A DNA stretch of 64,000 nucleotides from Octopus vulgaris (lineage: Eukaryota), in contig OX597830.1 in NCBI GenBank assembly GCA_951406725.2, forward strand, positions 51,646,001 to 51,710,000. Reading direction: 5' to 3'. The notes beneath the pieces are model-generated. The model was not told the DNA's origin and did not search any database. It saw only the letters and a program-made list of their open reading frames with translations. The position numbers and the translations under genes are program-made. Below are positions 1-13,055 of this stretch, piece by piece. Position 1 is the stretch's first letter. Every line of letters starts with the position of its first letter.

Positions 1-15
1 CCTCAGAGAAGTACA

Positions 16-616
16 AGGCGGCGAGCTGGCAGAATCGTTAGCACGCTGGGCGAAATGCTTAGCGGTATTTGGTCTGCCGCTACGTTCTGAGTTCAAATTC
101 TGCCGAGGTCGACTTTGCCTTTCATCCTTTCGGGGTCGATAAATTAAGTACCAGTTGCATACTGGGGTCGATGTAATCGACTTAATCCCTATGTCTGTCC
201 TTGTTTGTCCCCTCTATCTTTGGTCCCTTGTGGGTAATAAAGAAATAGGTATTTCGTCTGCCGCTAGGTTCTGATTTCAAATTCCGCTGAGGTCGGCTTT
301 GCCTTTCATCCTTTCGGGGTCGATAAATTAAGTACCAGTTGCATACTGGGGTCGATGTAATCGACTTAATCCCTATGTCTGTCCTTGTTTGTCCCCTCTA
401 TCTTTGGTCCCTTGTGGGTAATAAAGAAATAGGTATTTCGTCTGCCGCTAGGTTCTGATTTCAAATTCCGCTGAGGTCGACTTTGCCTTTCATCCTTTCG
501 GGGTCGAAAAAATAAGGAACAGTTGCCTGGGGTCGATATAATCGACTTAATCCGTTTGTCTATCTTTGTTTGTCCTCTCTGTGTTTAGCCCCTTGTGGGT
601 AGTAAAGAAATAGATA
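16..616 (+). mobile_element. tRNA-derived SINE family A, internal ~183-bp unit triplicated
   Basis: Head GGCGGCGAGCTGGCAGAA...GAGTTCAAATTC (pol III A/B-box-like); unit repeats at ~67, ~250, ~433; flanking direct repeat cctcagagaagYac at 1-14 and 617-630. Confidence 0.85.
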
Positions 617-625
617 CCTCAGAGA

Positions 626-1050
626 AGCACTTTGACTCATGTGGAGTTGCTCGGAACCATCGGCTGCCTTGCAACGGCGATTATTTTCGACAATCCACTT
701 GGCAGACCCAAAACATGTCAGAGGTCTCAGGTCAAGCTGAGCGGGATTTTGGTGATTCCTTTCTTTTGCTGATGTTAATTTTCCTTGGAATTACTCTGTT
801 GACTGGGGCAAGAGAAATATCAACAATTTGTGGAATCTTGCACCAGCTATGTCCATCATCAAGATTGCCCCACAATCACTGGATCGGGAACGAAATTTGC
901 TTAGTGGGTGCAAATCCAAGTCCAAAATATTTGCAAACAAGGTTCTAACGTCCTTTAATTTTGTTTTTCTTTGAGAAGAAACCTAACTTCAAGCTACGTT
1001 TTACAGATAACTGTTTTCTAGACCTGAAAAAAGTAAGTAGGTGTGTAAAT
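626..1050 (-). mobile_element. Decayed Tc1-like transposase N-terminal (HTH) fragment
   Basis: Minus-strand reading GHSWCKIPQIVDISLAPVNRVI...KSRSA*P...IVENNRRCKA resembles a Tc1 paired-HTH/GRPR region; broken frame. Confidence 0.4.
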
Positions 1051-1263
1051 TTTGATTTTGCGCCTACAAACACCGCCCACAATATTCCTTCTTTGAAAGT
1101 CGGACAACTCTTTTATTTCTAGTGTCTGCAACGTGGCTATATGCTATAAACAATTAATATACTGTAAATTGAAATGGAAAACGATAATGCATTACGTTGT
1201 GTCAGCACAAATAAAACGCTATAACGAGAATGTCACTTTACTTTTCTGATGTCTGTATATGAA

Positions 1264-1664
1264 CAGGCGGCGATCTGGCAGAAACGTTAGCACGCCGGGC
1301 GAAATGCGTAGCCGTATTTCGTCTGCCGTTACGTACTGAGTTCAAATTCTGCCGAGGTCGACTTTGCCTTTCATCCTTTGGGGGTCGATAAATTAAGTAC
1401 CAGTTACGCACTGGGGTCGATATAATCGACTTAATCCATTTGTCTGTCCTTCTTTGTCCCCTCTGTGTTTAGCCCCTTGTGGGTAGTAAAAAAAATAGGT
1501 ATTTCGTCTGCCGCTACGTTCTGAATTAAAATTTCGCCGAGGTCGCCTTTGCCTTTCATCCTTTCGGGGTCGATAAATTAAGTACCAGTTGCATACTGGG
1601 GTAGATCTAATCGACTGACCTTCCCCCAAATTTCGGGCTTTGTGCCTAGAGTAGAACAGAAAAG
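1264..1664 (+). mobile_element. SINE family A (duplicated internal unit)
   Basis: Same head/core as 16-616; direct repeat gatgtctgtata at 1248-1259 and 1665-1676. Confidence 0.85.
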
Positions 1665-2559
1665 GATGTCTGTATACACACAAAAACACATTTGTGTGTG
1701 TGTATGTATGTATGTATGTAAGTATGTATGTATGTGTGCACATGCACCGCAATAATGGATGTCATGGTCTGATGGTCTCTGAAGAGTATTCGTGGAACAT
1801 AAACGTAAGTTGACGTAAATAGTTATTTAAAGTTAACTACTTTGCTTCCTTTTTATAGCTTTCTTTTGTTAATAGACCCCCCACACACACACACACACAC
1901 ATTATTTTTATGTTCGTTTCAATACGTGAATGAGTCAAACTTCGGGTGAAATAAGGGTATAGTAACAAACATAAATAAAGCCTTGGACGTTAAATATAAA
2001 AAAAAAAATAATGTATAGTCTTTGTTGTTGTTTTGTTATGTGTGTCAAGGATATATGATCGAAGTGTTGACGTACTGAATCACTGCCGATATCTGCTATG
2101 TATGTGGTAAGTCTCAATCCTGATGATTTCGCCATTCCTTATTTCCTAGTTTCGAAAAAACTGCCAAACAGTTATGAAAGCATCACCTATCGAGGTCGAT
2201 TAGTATTTTATAATTCAGTGCATCGATGTCATAAGGTAGAGCGCAGTATACTGGAGTATGAGTTGATATCACTCCTAACCTATTATATCCCTCTCTCACT
2301 TCAAAGTTTTCTGAGCATGAAAGAGTATTAGAAACTGATATTAAAGCAACCCAAGTCTGATGTAACGTTAGAATGGATAAATATTTACTTAAAATAGAGG
2401 TAAAATAAACCCTTCGTTCATGAATGACCATGGGCTTTGCACCTAAAAAGTTTCCATCCGATGCACAAGTCCGAGTAAGGTTGATTATGGAAGACCGGCA
2501 GTCGCCCAAGAATACCAGACTAGCTTCTCCATGTTATCCAAGGAAAAGGCAACGGCCAA

Positions 2560-2710
2560 TACATCTTTGGCATCAGTTACGGTGCAACTCATTTCCACTG
2601 CTGAGTGAGCTGTGGCGACGTGAAATAAAGTGTCTTGCCCAAGAACACAATACACAGCCTGCTCCGAGAATCGAACTCACCACTTCACGAGCAATGCACC
2701 TTCACATGGC
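2560..2710 (-). mobile_element. SINE family D fragment (CORE-like cttgggcaagacactt)
   Basis: Minus strand gttcgattctcg...gtgttcttgggcaagacactttatttcacgtcgc; related to 63877-64000. Confidence 0.55.
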
Positions 2711-3124
2711 TCAGTGGTTAGAGGGTGCATCCCTATTGTACTAAAAGTAGTATCAATTAATCTTCGGACACAATGTGTTGTGAGATTATTCTGCTAGAAT
2801 CGATGAAAAGAAATACTAGTAGAACCCCAAAATGCGGTGAAGTGAATTAAATCTATCTACACAATTTGTGGACCTTTGCATTTTATATATTATAATTTGG
2901 GAAACTGATTCCTTAACATTGTACCCAAGTGGATTTAACGCTTTCACCTTGTAAATCATTTCGCAGTCTATATTTACAGTAATTTGGCTGAAACTTTCAT
3001 ACCGTACATATTACAGCAAGGAGAATATAGTCTTCTTATGTACACTTGGGTGGGTTTACGCACTTTGCCCTCTATGTATATATGCGTGTGTTTATGATTG
3101 TAAGTGTGTGTGTGTGCTCTCGAG

Positions 3125-3158
<34 letters not shown>

Positions 3159-3589
3159 ACATTCGGTTTTCATGGCCTATAAGTGACCGAGAACATAATA
3201 TTGGATGGAACGCCAACCCCTTGCAAGTTCGAGGCCAGCTAGTTTTTGAATAGAGGGTATAAATTGGTTACATCGTTACGAATACTTTATTTTATCGACC
3301 CCGACGAGAAAAAAAAAGCAAGGTTGAATTCGGCAGCACCACAACTCAAAAGTAACTGCCGTTAACTATTCAACATGCTAAATCATATTTCTTGTTTCTT
3401 ACCTTCAAAACTGTATCAATGTGGCCATTTATTCGTGATGTAGGTTCACGAACAAGTGAACGATAGATCAAACAACGAATCGTCGTATCAGCAGTTCGTA
3501 TATTATCATCAGCGCCAAATTACCTCTGAGAACCAAGACAACACCAACAGCTGAGGCCATCGTGCTTCATGGATTTTATCAATATTGAT

Positions 3590-4172
3590 AGGCAAATTCA
3601 ACGTGGGTAGAATTTGAACTCAGAATGTTAGGAAGGATGAAATTTTGCTTAGCATTTCGCCCGGCATGCTAACGTTTCTGCCAGCGTCCGCCTTATACAT
3701 TTTATTAGTACTGATTTCAAATTCTGACACAAGGCCTGCAATGTCGGAGGAGGGGATAAGGCGATTACATCGACACCTGCACTCAACTGGTTCTTAAATT
3801 ATCGACGCCGAGAGAACGAAATGCAGTGTCGAACTCAGCGGAATTTGAACTCAAAGAGTAACGGCGAACGAAATGCCTATTTCCTTACTACCCACAAGGG
3901 GCTAAACACAGAGAGGACAAACAAGGACAGACAAACGGATTAAGTCGATTATATCGACCCCAGTGCGTAACTGGTACTTAATTTATTGACCCCGAAAGGA
4001 TGAAAGGTAAAGTTGACCTCGGCGGAATTTGAACTCAGAACGTGACGGCAGACGAAATACCGCTAAGCATTTCGCCCGGCGTGCTAACGTTTCTGCCAGC
4101 TTGCCGCCTTTCGACGAACGAAATGCCGCTATGAATTTTGCTCCGGGTGCTTTTAATTCTGCCATCCCTCCG
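3590..4172 (-). mobile_element. Cluster of nested SINE family A copies
   Basis: Several reverse-complement matches to the family A head and core (aatttgaactcagaa, atcgacccc). Confidence 0.85.
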
Positions 4173-4649
4173 CCTCATAGGTTTTATTAATATTGAACGA
4201 TCGTTTAAATATTGAAACAAAATCAAATATTACAGAAATCGAAGTTTCTGCAATTTTTTGCTACTGTTACATTATATATCGATCTAATGTCTTTTTCCTG
4301 CTACTCATACAGCTTTTGTCTTTATATATTGTTCTAGTTGCACCAAAGGACAAACTTTGTAAAGGCTGACACGTCATATTACACAGAGCAATGCTTTCAG
4401 AGTTGACACAAACAACCACAAAAGACTGAATACAATACACATTCAGCGATTGCTGTAGAGATATTGTTATAAGGATCTCTTTTAAAACTGTTTAATAATG
4501 GGATTTAGTGGATAAGAAGACCCACCCGTATTCTACGTAAACTTCTATCAGGGAAAAATTACATCAATTAAATCCACCAGAGACAAGTACACACACACAC
4601 ACACACACACACGCATACATTTGTGTGTTTGAGTGTAAGAGTGCATATT

Positions 4650-5383
4650 TACAGAGTGCGGTGAATAAACTGCCGTTTAAATCATGCAAAAATGTAAATA
4701 ACACTCACATCTCGTTTTAACAGATATATTTACCAAAATTACATTAAAATATCTTGAAATTCTAGAATAAATTAATTCAATAAAATCGCCATTGGCTTCA
4801 ACCACGGCCATCAAACGACTTCGGAATCTCTTGCAACTCTTCTGGACAGTCTCCTTGTTGAAGTTGGTGAATGCTGCCGTAATCCTTGTCTTCAGTTTAT
4901 TTTTGGTGTTACAAGGCGTTTTGTTGGTCTCTCGCTCAAATGCGTCCCACACATAATAATCAAGGGGGTTGCAGTCTGGGGAGTTAGGTAAATACTCCAT
5001 GCACTTGATGAAGGTCTCCATGTTGAGTCTCAAGCCCTGAACGACGATCAATGGATGCATAAGATCGACGTCACTAGTGATCACTCCAAACAACATGATG
5101 TTGACTGGATGTTTTTATCACTTTCGGCATATGTTCTCAGACTGACATCCAAATAATCTGAAATATTTGTAATGGACCTTCCGGTGCGAATGCCAAGAAG
5201 TACAACATGTCATTTCCACATTTCTTGTAGAGTGAATTGTGTTATGGTGGTGTTTGTTTCACAGAGGGTGCCCAACTGACCCTACGATACTGTGTAGTTG
5301 ACAATATCTAGAACGAACAAGGTTCATGCGTAAATTTCAAAATATTATATAAAATGGCAACGATTTACTCATCACACACAGTA
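4650..5383 (-). mobile_element. Internally deleted Tc1/mariner-superfamily transposon
   Basis: ORF 4677-5096 has PNSPDCNPLDYYVW...RFRSRLMAVVEANGDFIE (DDE/D C-terminus); imperfect TIRs ~4650-4678 and ~5352-5383 with TA ends. Confidence 0.85.
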
Positions 5384-5431
5384 TGTATACATACATATAT
5401 ATATGTGTATACATATATATATATATGTATG

Positions 5432-5475
<44 letters not shown>

Positions 5476-5519
5476 AATCTATATATATACATATATGTGC
5501 ATGTGTGTGTGTGTATTAT

Positions 5520-5551
<32 letters not shown>

Positions 5552-5680
5552 TTATATTCAGATGAATTAGATACTTAAGTTGAGGCGCCTTATTCATCTG
5601 AATCTCAATTATTTTGCTTAACTCGTCAAACCTATACGACACTTCTGGTATAAATAAATATATATATATACACATACACA

Positions 5681-5712
5681 CGCTACCTGAGATACCCAGC
5701 GTTGCCCGTGTC
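5681..5712 (+). mobile_element. Helitron/Helentron-like terminal motif
   Basis: ctacctgagatacccagcgttgcccgtg resembles the ACTAG..TACCCGGCGTTGCCCGG end of non-autonomous Helitron-type repeats; extent unknown. Confidence 0.35.
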
Positions 5713-6756
5713 ACATGGAACTGAAGAATTAGACTTTTCTTTTATATTTTCTCTAATGAACTGGTAGAGCTATGATGCGAATTTCATCAAAATTGCAGAT
5801 AAAGAATTTTAATGAGGGCTCTTTTCCTCTTTACACACCCTAACAAAAACTAATCATGACACATTTATCTCATAGTACTCATCTTTAAGCCCAGATTCCA
5901 AAATTCAAATCTTATGGAACCTATTGAAAGGATTTTGCTACTGAAAAATGGAGCTCATGGAGTTCTAAAATATGGGAGTCAAAGCTCCATTTGGGGATGG
6001 GCGTCTTAAAGTCAACCAGAGAAGTTGAGTTGTTGGGAATCTTTTTAACTTGTGTCTTTTATCTATTATTCACCTTTCTTTGAAATCGGAAATATATGTA
6101 TGCTCACTGGGTTTGTAAAAGCGAGCAAAGCTACAGAAAACCAAAAGACGAATGGTCACAATAGGCAGTCAAATACCCATTCCTAGTCGTTAACACTCCC
6201 CAGTGTAGGATTCCTCAAAATACAGGTGACGGGCACAGCCGTAAGATGCATTACGGATCTATAGCAATTGGAAGGTCGTGACCCAACTTAAATAAACATT
6301 AACAACTGTGTAATGTGAGGGCTAACGGGAAGTGAAAGTGTCACCTCTAGAGTTTGCAAATGACCACTATACTGGTACGTAACTGGACGGAATAAGGCAC
6401 CAGGCCTGAAATTTGGTGGAAGGAGCTAGTCGATTACATCGACACCAGTGTTTCACTGGTACTTAATTCATCGATCCTGAAAGGATAAAAGGATTTTTTC
6501 CCTTTGAACGGTAGATCGAGAAATTATTATTTTTTTTGTGTGACTAAACACTTTTAAACTTCGGACACTGGTAGAATGTGTCGTATAAAACATGTTTTAC
6601 TCTTAGTGTTGTTGAGAAAAATTTCTATTTTCAAAGTTAGGTAGGCTTGTCAGTAGCGACAGCTCAAACACTCGATAATTTGCCTAAATTTGACTATCAG
6701 GTAAAAAAAATATATATATATGCCGGATTTAGCCAAACCATCGAACATTTGAGTAG

Positions 6757-6807
6757 TGACTACTGATGAGCCTACGACTGATATGCGAAACTAGTGTATT
6801 CTAGTGA
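6757..6807 (+). ncRNA. Decayed type I hammerhead ribozyme motif inside a (TA)-centred inverted repeat (6641-6776)
   Basis: ACTA-CTGATGA(6763-6769)-GCcTA..TAtGC-GAAAC-TAGTGTA-TTC-TAGT; one substitution from GUC. Confidence 0.55.
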
Positions 6808-7155
6808 TCCTACGAAATCTCATGGGATGGTTATCTCTCGTCACCCTGTCAGTCTAATATATATAGATATATATATATATATTTATATATCGAAAAGATA
6901 ACGTCAAATTCGAACTCAGCCTGACTTGAACTAGCCGTCCAACAAACTGAACGAATGATATATATAAACAACCTGAAATATGTTCAGCGGTTGAACAGAT
7001 GGACTAAAAATTCTTAAGTTGGCACCCCTGTTTGTCCATAGTTCAATGACCGAAATCAGAAACATATTTTAAAAAATAAATTAATCTATAACATATCTTT
7101 ACGAACTCAAAAGTGGTTGTGTTGAGCCATTCTTTAAGCTAATAGTTGATTATTT

Positions 7156-7540
7156 GTGGAGGTGCAATGGCCCAGTGGTTAGGGCAGCGGACTCGCGGTC
7201 ATAGGATCGCGGTTTCGATTCCCAGACCGGGCGTTGTGAGTGTTTATTGAGCGAAAACACCTAAAGATCCACGAGGCTCCGGCAGGGGATGGTGGTGATC
7301 CCTGCTGTACTCTTTCACCACAACTTTCTCTCACTCTTACTTCCTGTTTCTGTTGTACCTGTATTTCAAAGGGCCGGCTTTGTCACTCTTTGTGTCACGC
7401 TGAATATCACCGAGAACTACGTTAGGGGTACACGTGTCTGTGGAGTGCTCAGCCACTTACACGTTAATTTCACGAGCAGGCTGTTCCGTTGATTCGGATC
7501 AACCGGAACCCTCGTCGTCGTAACCGACAGAGTGCTTCCC
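7156..7540 (+). mobile_element. tRNA(Arg)-like SINE family C, full length with TSD
   Basis: TGGCCCAGTGGTTAGGGCAGCGGACTCG...GGTTTCGATTCC head; 12-bp TSD agttgattattt at 7144-7155 and 7541-7552. Confidence 0.9.
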
Positions 7541-8689
7541 AGTTGATTATTTAGGCTCATTGCATGCAATTGCGACATTACAGAAGTTTTTGCTAAGTCA
7601 CTGTAACTGTCTGACACGCATGAGAACGAATGAAATATCGAGATATACTAATGGACGAAGACTTCATTCAGTCACCCATTAATCACTCTTATGAAGAAAG
7701 AGGAATCGCTACCAGTCTAACTGGCACCAGATTTAGTAGGGACAGTCCAACATTACTTCTCATATCACCACTGAAGTCAACAAATACAATAACACGGCTT
7801 CCTATTCTGAGAATGTGCGGGAAAATAAAAACAAAAATGGTGTATTTTTGGAAATATTCGCTTTCTCATAAGTTGTGTCTCGGTGCAGTGTTGAAGATTT
7901 GAATAAAACTGCGGGCGTTGTCTTTTATTGCTGTTATTGTTACTGTTGTTGCTGTTAATGCTTTTATTGTTGTTTAACTTCCAGATCATTCTCCATAGAT
8001 CAAACATAATAATCAAGAACGCTGGGCTCATTCATTTAAAAATCTGATTCACGGGTTTTTCCTTCTTTATAGTGGCAGTAAAGATTACATTATTTAAGTT
8101 TGTTACTTAATAGCTGCTTCATTCATTACTTCTGCTGCCGATGTTTTTGTTTTTTGTATTTCTTGTAGTGGTTGCTGTGGCTATCTTCATTAATGTTTTG
8201 TCAGCATCGATGAAACTATGGCATATTGGCAACTGTTCAAAGGTTTGTGGTGTAAACCGTCTAGGAGTAGAATTACGATGTAAATTACAATTTCTTGGAA
8301 GAGTAGGGTTCTAGTTTTCGTTTTTTCTTCTCTTTATATTTTTAATCTTTATAAGAGATGTACTGTGGAAACCTGGATTTCAAGTGATTGTGTAGGTTCC
8401 TACACAACTAGACACATAGCTACAACTACATAGCACCAGGTAAATGATTCTTCACCTGAAAAATTTTGATCTCAAGCTAACATGCAGGAACTAATTGTAC
8501 AAAAGCAAGTTATGTTGCGGCGACAATATATATTTAGTGACAAATTTGGGCCTGATTATCTGTTGAGAACTAAGCCAATTCTGATCGAGTAGACATCTGT
8601 TCAAAAGACTTTTAAAGTTAGAATTTTTGCAACAGAGTGGAATGTTTGCAACAGAGCTAAGCAAAAGGAACCAATGTCTATATATACTC

Positions 8690-9202
<513 letters not shown>

Positions 9203-9206
<4 letters not shown>

Positions 9207-9960
9207 GAGGATAAAATTTCTTTCGAAAAAAATCCTATCAATGGCCAGCATATTAAAAATACCTTAAACGGTTAAATTTATAAACAATTCATAAACGAGG
9301 GCAAAGGAAAAAATTTCTAATGCCAAATATGCCGAAAAATTGGACATATTGTTCATTAACCATATAATTTTTTCACAATACGCGCGCAACTCGAAAAAAG
9401 GTCGACAGACATTTCTAAAAAATTCCATTATTACCATATCGGACCGATTTCAGAGTTAGCTACTAAGAGCCCTCTCTTCGTCAGTGATACATGTGGCAAA
9501 AGAAATAAATGAGATACTTACTCAAACCCATGGAAGAAGCAAACACTAAGTCATGAGCACAACTAAGTACCCCAAATACATCCAAAATAGAAATACTCCA
9601 GCCCATTCGAGACACGTGCGATTTGAACTGAGGCTCTCACGGAGTGAGATAGTCCGGAAGTGAACGCTTAAATTTATATCTAATGAGGATAAAATTTCTT
9701 TCGAAAAAAATCCTATCAATGGCCAGCATATTAAAAAATACCTTAAACGGTTAAATTTATAAACAATTCATAAATGAGACCAAAGGAAAAAATTTGTAAT
9801 GCCAAATATGCCGAAAAATTGGACGTATTGTCCATTAACCATATAATTTTTTCACAATACGCACGCTACTCGAAAAAATTATATGGTTAATGGACAATAT
9901 GTCCAATTCTTCGGCATATTTGGCATTAGAAATCTTTTCCTTTGCCCTCATTTATGAATT
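9203..9960 (-). mobile_element. (TA)n-inserted hammerhead-bearing element: 478-bp unit + partial direct repeat + inverted end
   Basis: taatgaggataaaattt at 9203 and 9681; inverted segment ~9873-9960; minus-strand GTATCA-CTGACGA-AGAG..CTCT-GAAAT-CG-GTC-CGATAT at 9436-9490; second family copy at 45650-46045. Confidence 0.75.
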
Positions 9961-9967
9961 ATATATA

Positions 9968-10041
<74 letters not shown>

Positions 10042-10169
10042 TATATGTATGTATATATATACACATATATATATGTATATATATTATATATATATGTATA
10101 TATATTTTATAGTGAAACTGTCCACCCCTGCGGGTAAAAAGTGGTGGTAACCAGGTCAGAAAGTAGTGC

Positions 10170-10300
10170 CTTGACTATTAGATCGACTAGAAAAGCTCAA
10201 GCTTTATTCACTCCAACACCGCCGTCGGCGCTTCATCATCTGCATGATGCGGAAGATATTCCATCAGTATTGCCCAAATGATGTTGGCATCGCCTTTAAG
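10170..10300 (+). mobile_element. CR1/L2-like LINE 3' fragment
   Basis: Similar to 41705-41832 (RLEKLKLYSLQ.RR.R.IICMM.KIFHQ.CPNDVGI). Confidence 0.8.
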
Positions 10301-10459
10301 ATACAGAGTTAGCGGTTGTCGTAACCAACTTACGGATAAAAATATCCGTATATCTACTATCGGTATCAATTACCTGTGCTATCTCTGGGCATAAATATGC
10401 AGGCACATTATGCTCGTCATGTGCATGTAACGACAGAATAAACATAAGTTTATCAGAAA

Positions 10460-10968
10460 TTAAATTTCGATAAACAGAAAATGGAGATAACATTTGATCA
10501 ACAAACAAACTGGACCATATCTGTAGTTTATTTTTTAATACAAAACATGACATAACATTTCTTACGGCCGTTTCCGCTTCCAGGACCAGTCGGTGCCTAC
10601 GAAAGAATTTCGAAAATAATATTCTTCATCTTCATAGGATATTTGATCTGGTACATGGAGCTTTACTATAGTGAATATAAATGCGTAAAATAAAATAAAC
10701 GAGTTCCTGTTCTTTCCTATTCCCTCTTCCCTTCGTTTATTTTATTTCACGCATTTGTATTCACTCTGATGATGCTCCGTGTACTCGATCGAATGTCCTG
10801 TGAAGATGAATACTATTTTCGAAATTCTTTCGTAAGCACCGACTGGCATTGGAAAAGGAAATGGCCGTAGGAAAGGTTGTCATGATTTGTATTAAAAAAT
10901 AATCTGCAGATGTGGTCCAATATGCTCGTTGATAAAAAAAATTTTCTCCGTTTTCTGATTATTTAAAT
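10460..10968. repeat. Old imperfect foldback (arms ~240 bp, spacer ~10703-10731)
   Basis: The arms are diverged reverse complements (e.g. gaaagaatttcgaaaata / tattttcgaaattctttc; cagtcggtgc / gcaccgactg). Confidence 0.8.
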
Positions 10969-10971
10969 TAT

Positions 10972-11005
<34 letters not shown>

Positions 11006-11113
11006 ACATACAAACACACACACACACATGCGTAAAATGTAAAAGCAGTGACGTGAGACAACTTGTAACTATATTCATAGCTTTATGGTTATAAGCGATC
11101 AACGTGTATATGC

Positions 11114-11154
<41 letters not shown>

Positions 11155-11229
11155 CATACATATATACACACACATACATACATACATACATACATACATA
11201 CATACATACGTACATACAAATACTCATAC

Positions 11230-11390
11230 ACCTTCACACCCATATAGTGCATTGTTTGTCATGTTTAATCCGTTTCGGTCGGAGCTGTATCGACATGTGT
11301 AGCTCATTCAATTGGAAGCTAACAAAGTGAAGTGAGGGTGCCTTGCTTGGGTTTATATAGGTAACTAAATATAGCTGTAGAGCGACAGCT
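11230..11390. repeat. Unclassified interspersed repeat, second copy at ~17855-17985
   Basis: Shared cggagctgtatcgacatgtg.agctcattcaatt.gaagctaacaaa.tgaagtgag...taactaaatatagct. Confidence 0.7.
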
Positions 11391-11652
11391 AGAGGCGTGG
11401 GATCGAGTCTTGTGTGTATGGAAAAATAATTTTTGTCTGTCGAGAGCTTATATGCCCCAATATTAGGCTACTTTGCTTAGTCAAAACAGGATGATCGCTT
11501 ATAAGTGTTATTATTATATACAACGTGTAATATATATATATATATATGTTGCACGTTGTGTATAATAACATGTACTCGATCGAATATCCTATGAAGATGA
11601 ATACTATATATATATGTATATACATATATATATATATACATATATACACACG

Positions 11653-11691
<39 letters not shown>

Positions 11692-11999
11692 GTATATACA
11701 TACATATAAAAACACGCACACACATACACACATGCATATATATATGTGTGTGTGTGTGTGTGTATATATGTATGTATATATATATATATATATATATGTA
11801 TATACATGTATATACACACGCACACACACACATATATATATATATGTGTGTGTGTGTGTGTATATGTATATATATATATATATATACATACATAAATTCA
11901 TACATATATATACATATATATATATATACACATATATATATATGTATGTTTATACATATATACACACACACATACACACATACACACATATATATATAT

Positions 12000-12815
12000 G
12001 GTTTAAATTTACAGAAAAACAAAAGACGAAGAGAGTTAAATAACAACAAACATGCGTATTACTTTGACGCTCGGGAAGGTGAGAAAGTATCTTACGTTTC
12101 GAGCCTACTCTCATATCAAACCCGATGCTTTTGACCACAACGAAAACCCAACCAATTCTACTAACACTAACCAGAATTCTACTACCCCAACTTCCATCAC
12201 TATTACAGAAAGGATAAATAACTACTACGATAGAAATAGTAATAATAATAGTAATAATAATGGTAATAACATAGACCAATCAACCCCCATCTCTAACTTA
12301 TCCTTGGACAGACTTACCCCCTATATTCCTGAAAATATCCCACAATGAACCACCATGTACCTGCTGCCCTGAGACCATCTGCACTCTCCAAACCTGTTGC
12401 AGGAAGTCTAATGTAATTTAAAATTGCACCGTCCTCAACATGTTACACAATTCTACAACCATACATATACAGGGTCAACTATGAATTTTAAACATCGATA
12501 CGGTGCGCATCCAAATTATTTTAGATATGAGAAACGCAGTAAGTCCACACCACTCGCCAGTCACATATATCATCTCAAAAATAGAAATATTCCATACATC
12601 TTGTCATGGTCCATAATAGATTCAGGACTTCCATATCAGGGTCAAAGCTCAGTTTCTAAGTTACGCCTAAAAGAGGCATTGCATATAATAAAACACAAAT
12701 TTTCAATACTACTAAATAAATATAATGGGGCCCAAGATACATGCAACCACTGCCTTTTTTCATACCTTCAAATTTTACCAGAATTCTAAATACAACCTAA
12801 ATCCCACACGTATGA
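12000..12815 (+). mobile_element. Internally deleted Penelope-like retroelement with GIY-YIG endonuclease remnant, between (TA)n tracts
   Basis: ORF 12424-12789: YTGST.NFK.RY..H...FR...STPLASHIYHLK...I.Y.LSWSII...Y......L.LKE..HI (Penelope-type GIY-YIG); inverted pLTR-like 5' piece with half-hammerhead GAAACGTA on the minus strand at ~12093-12100. Confidence 0.8.
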
Positions 12816-12836
12816 ATGCATGTGAATGGATGTGAG

Positions 12837-12909
<73 letters not shown>

Positions 12910-12945
12910 TACATATACATATATATATGTATATATTGTTATATA

Positions 12946-13029
<84 letters not shown>

Positions 13030-13055
13030 ATATATATATATGTATATATATGTAT

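Noticed and set aside
595-948. 117-aa ORF with a hydrophobic stretch
   Set aside because: Starts inside a SINE and overlaps antisense a decayed Tc1-like fragment; no splice or domain evidence
7156-7232. tRNA-Arg gene
   Set aside because: A/B boxes are present, but it continues into a dispersed repeat body with TSDs and has several copies in the window; it is a SINE head
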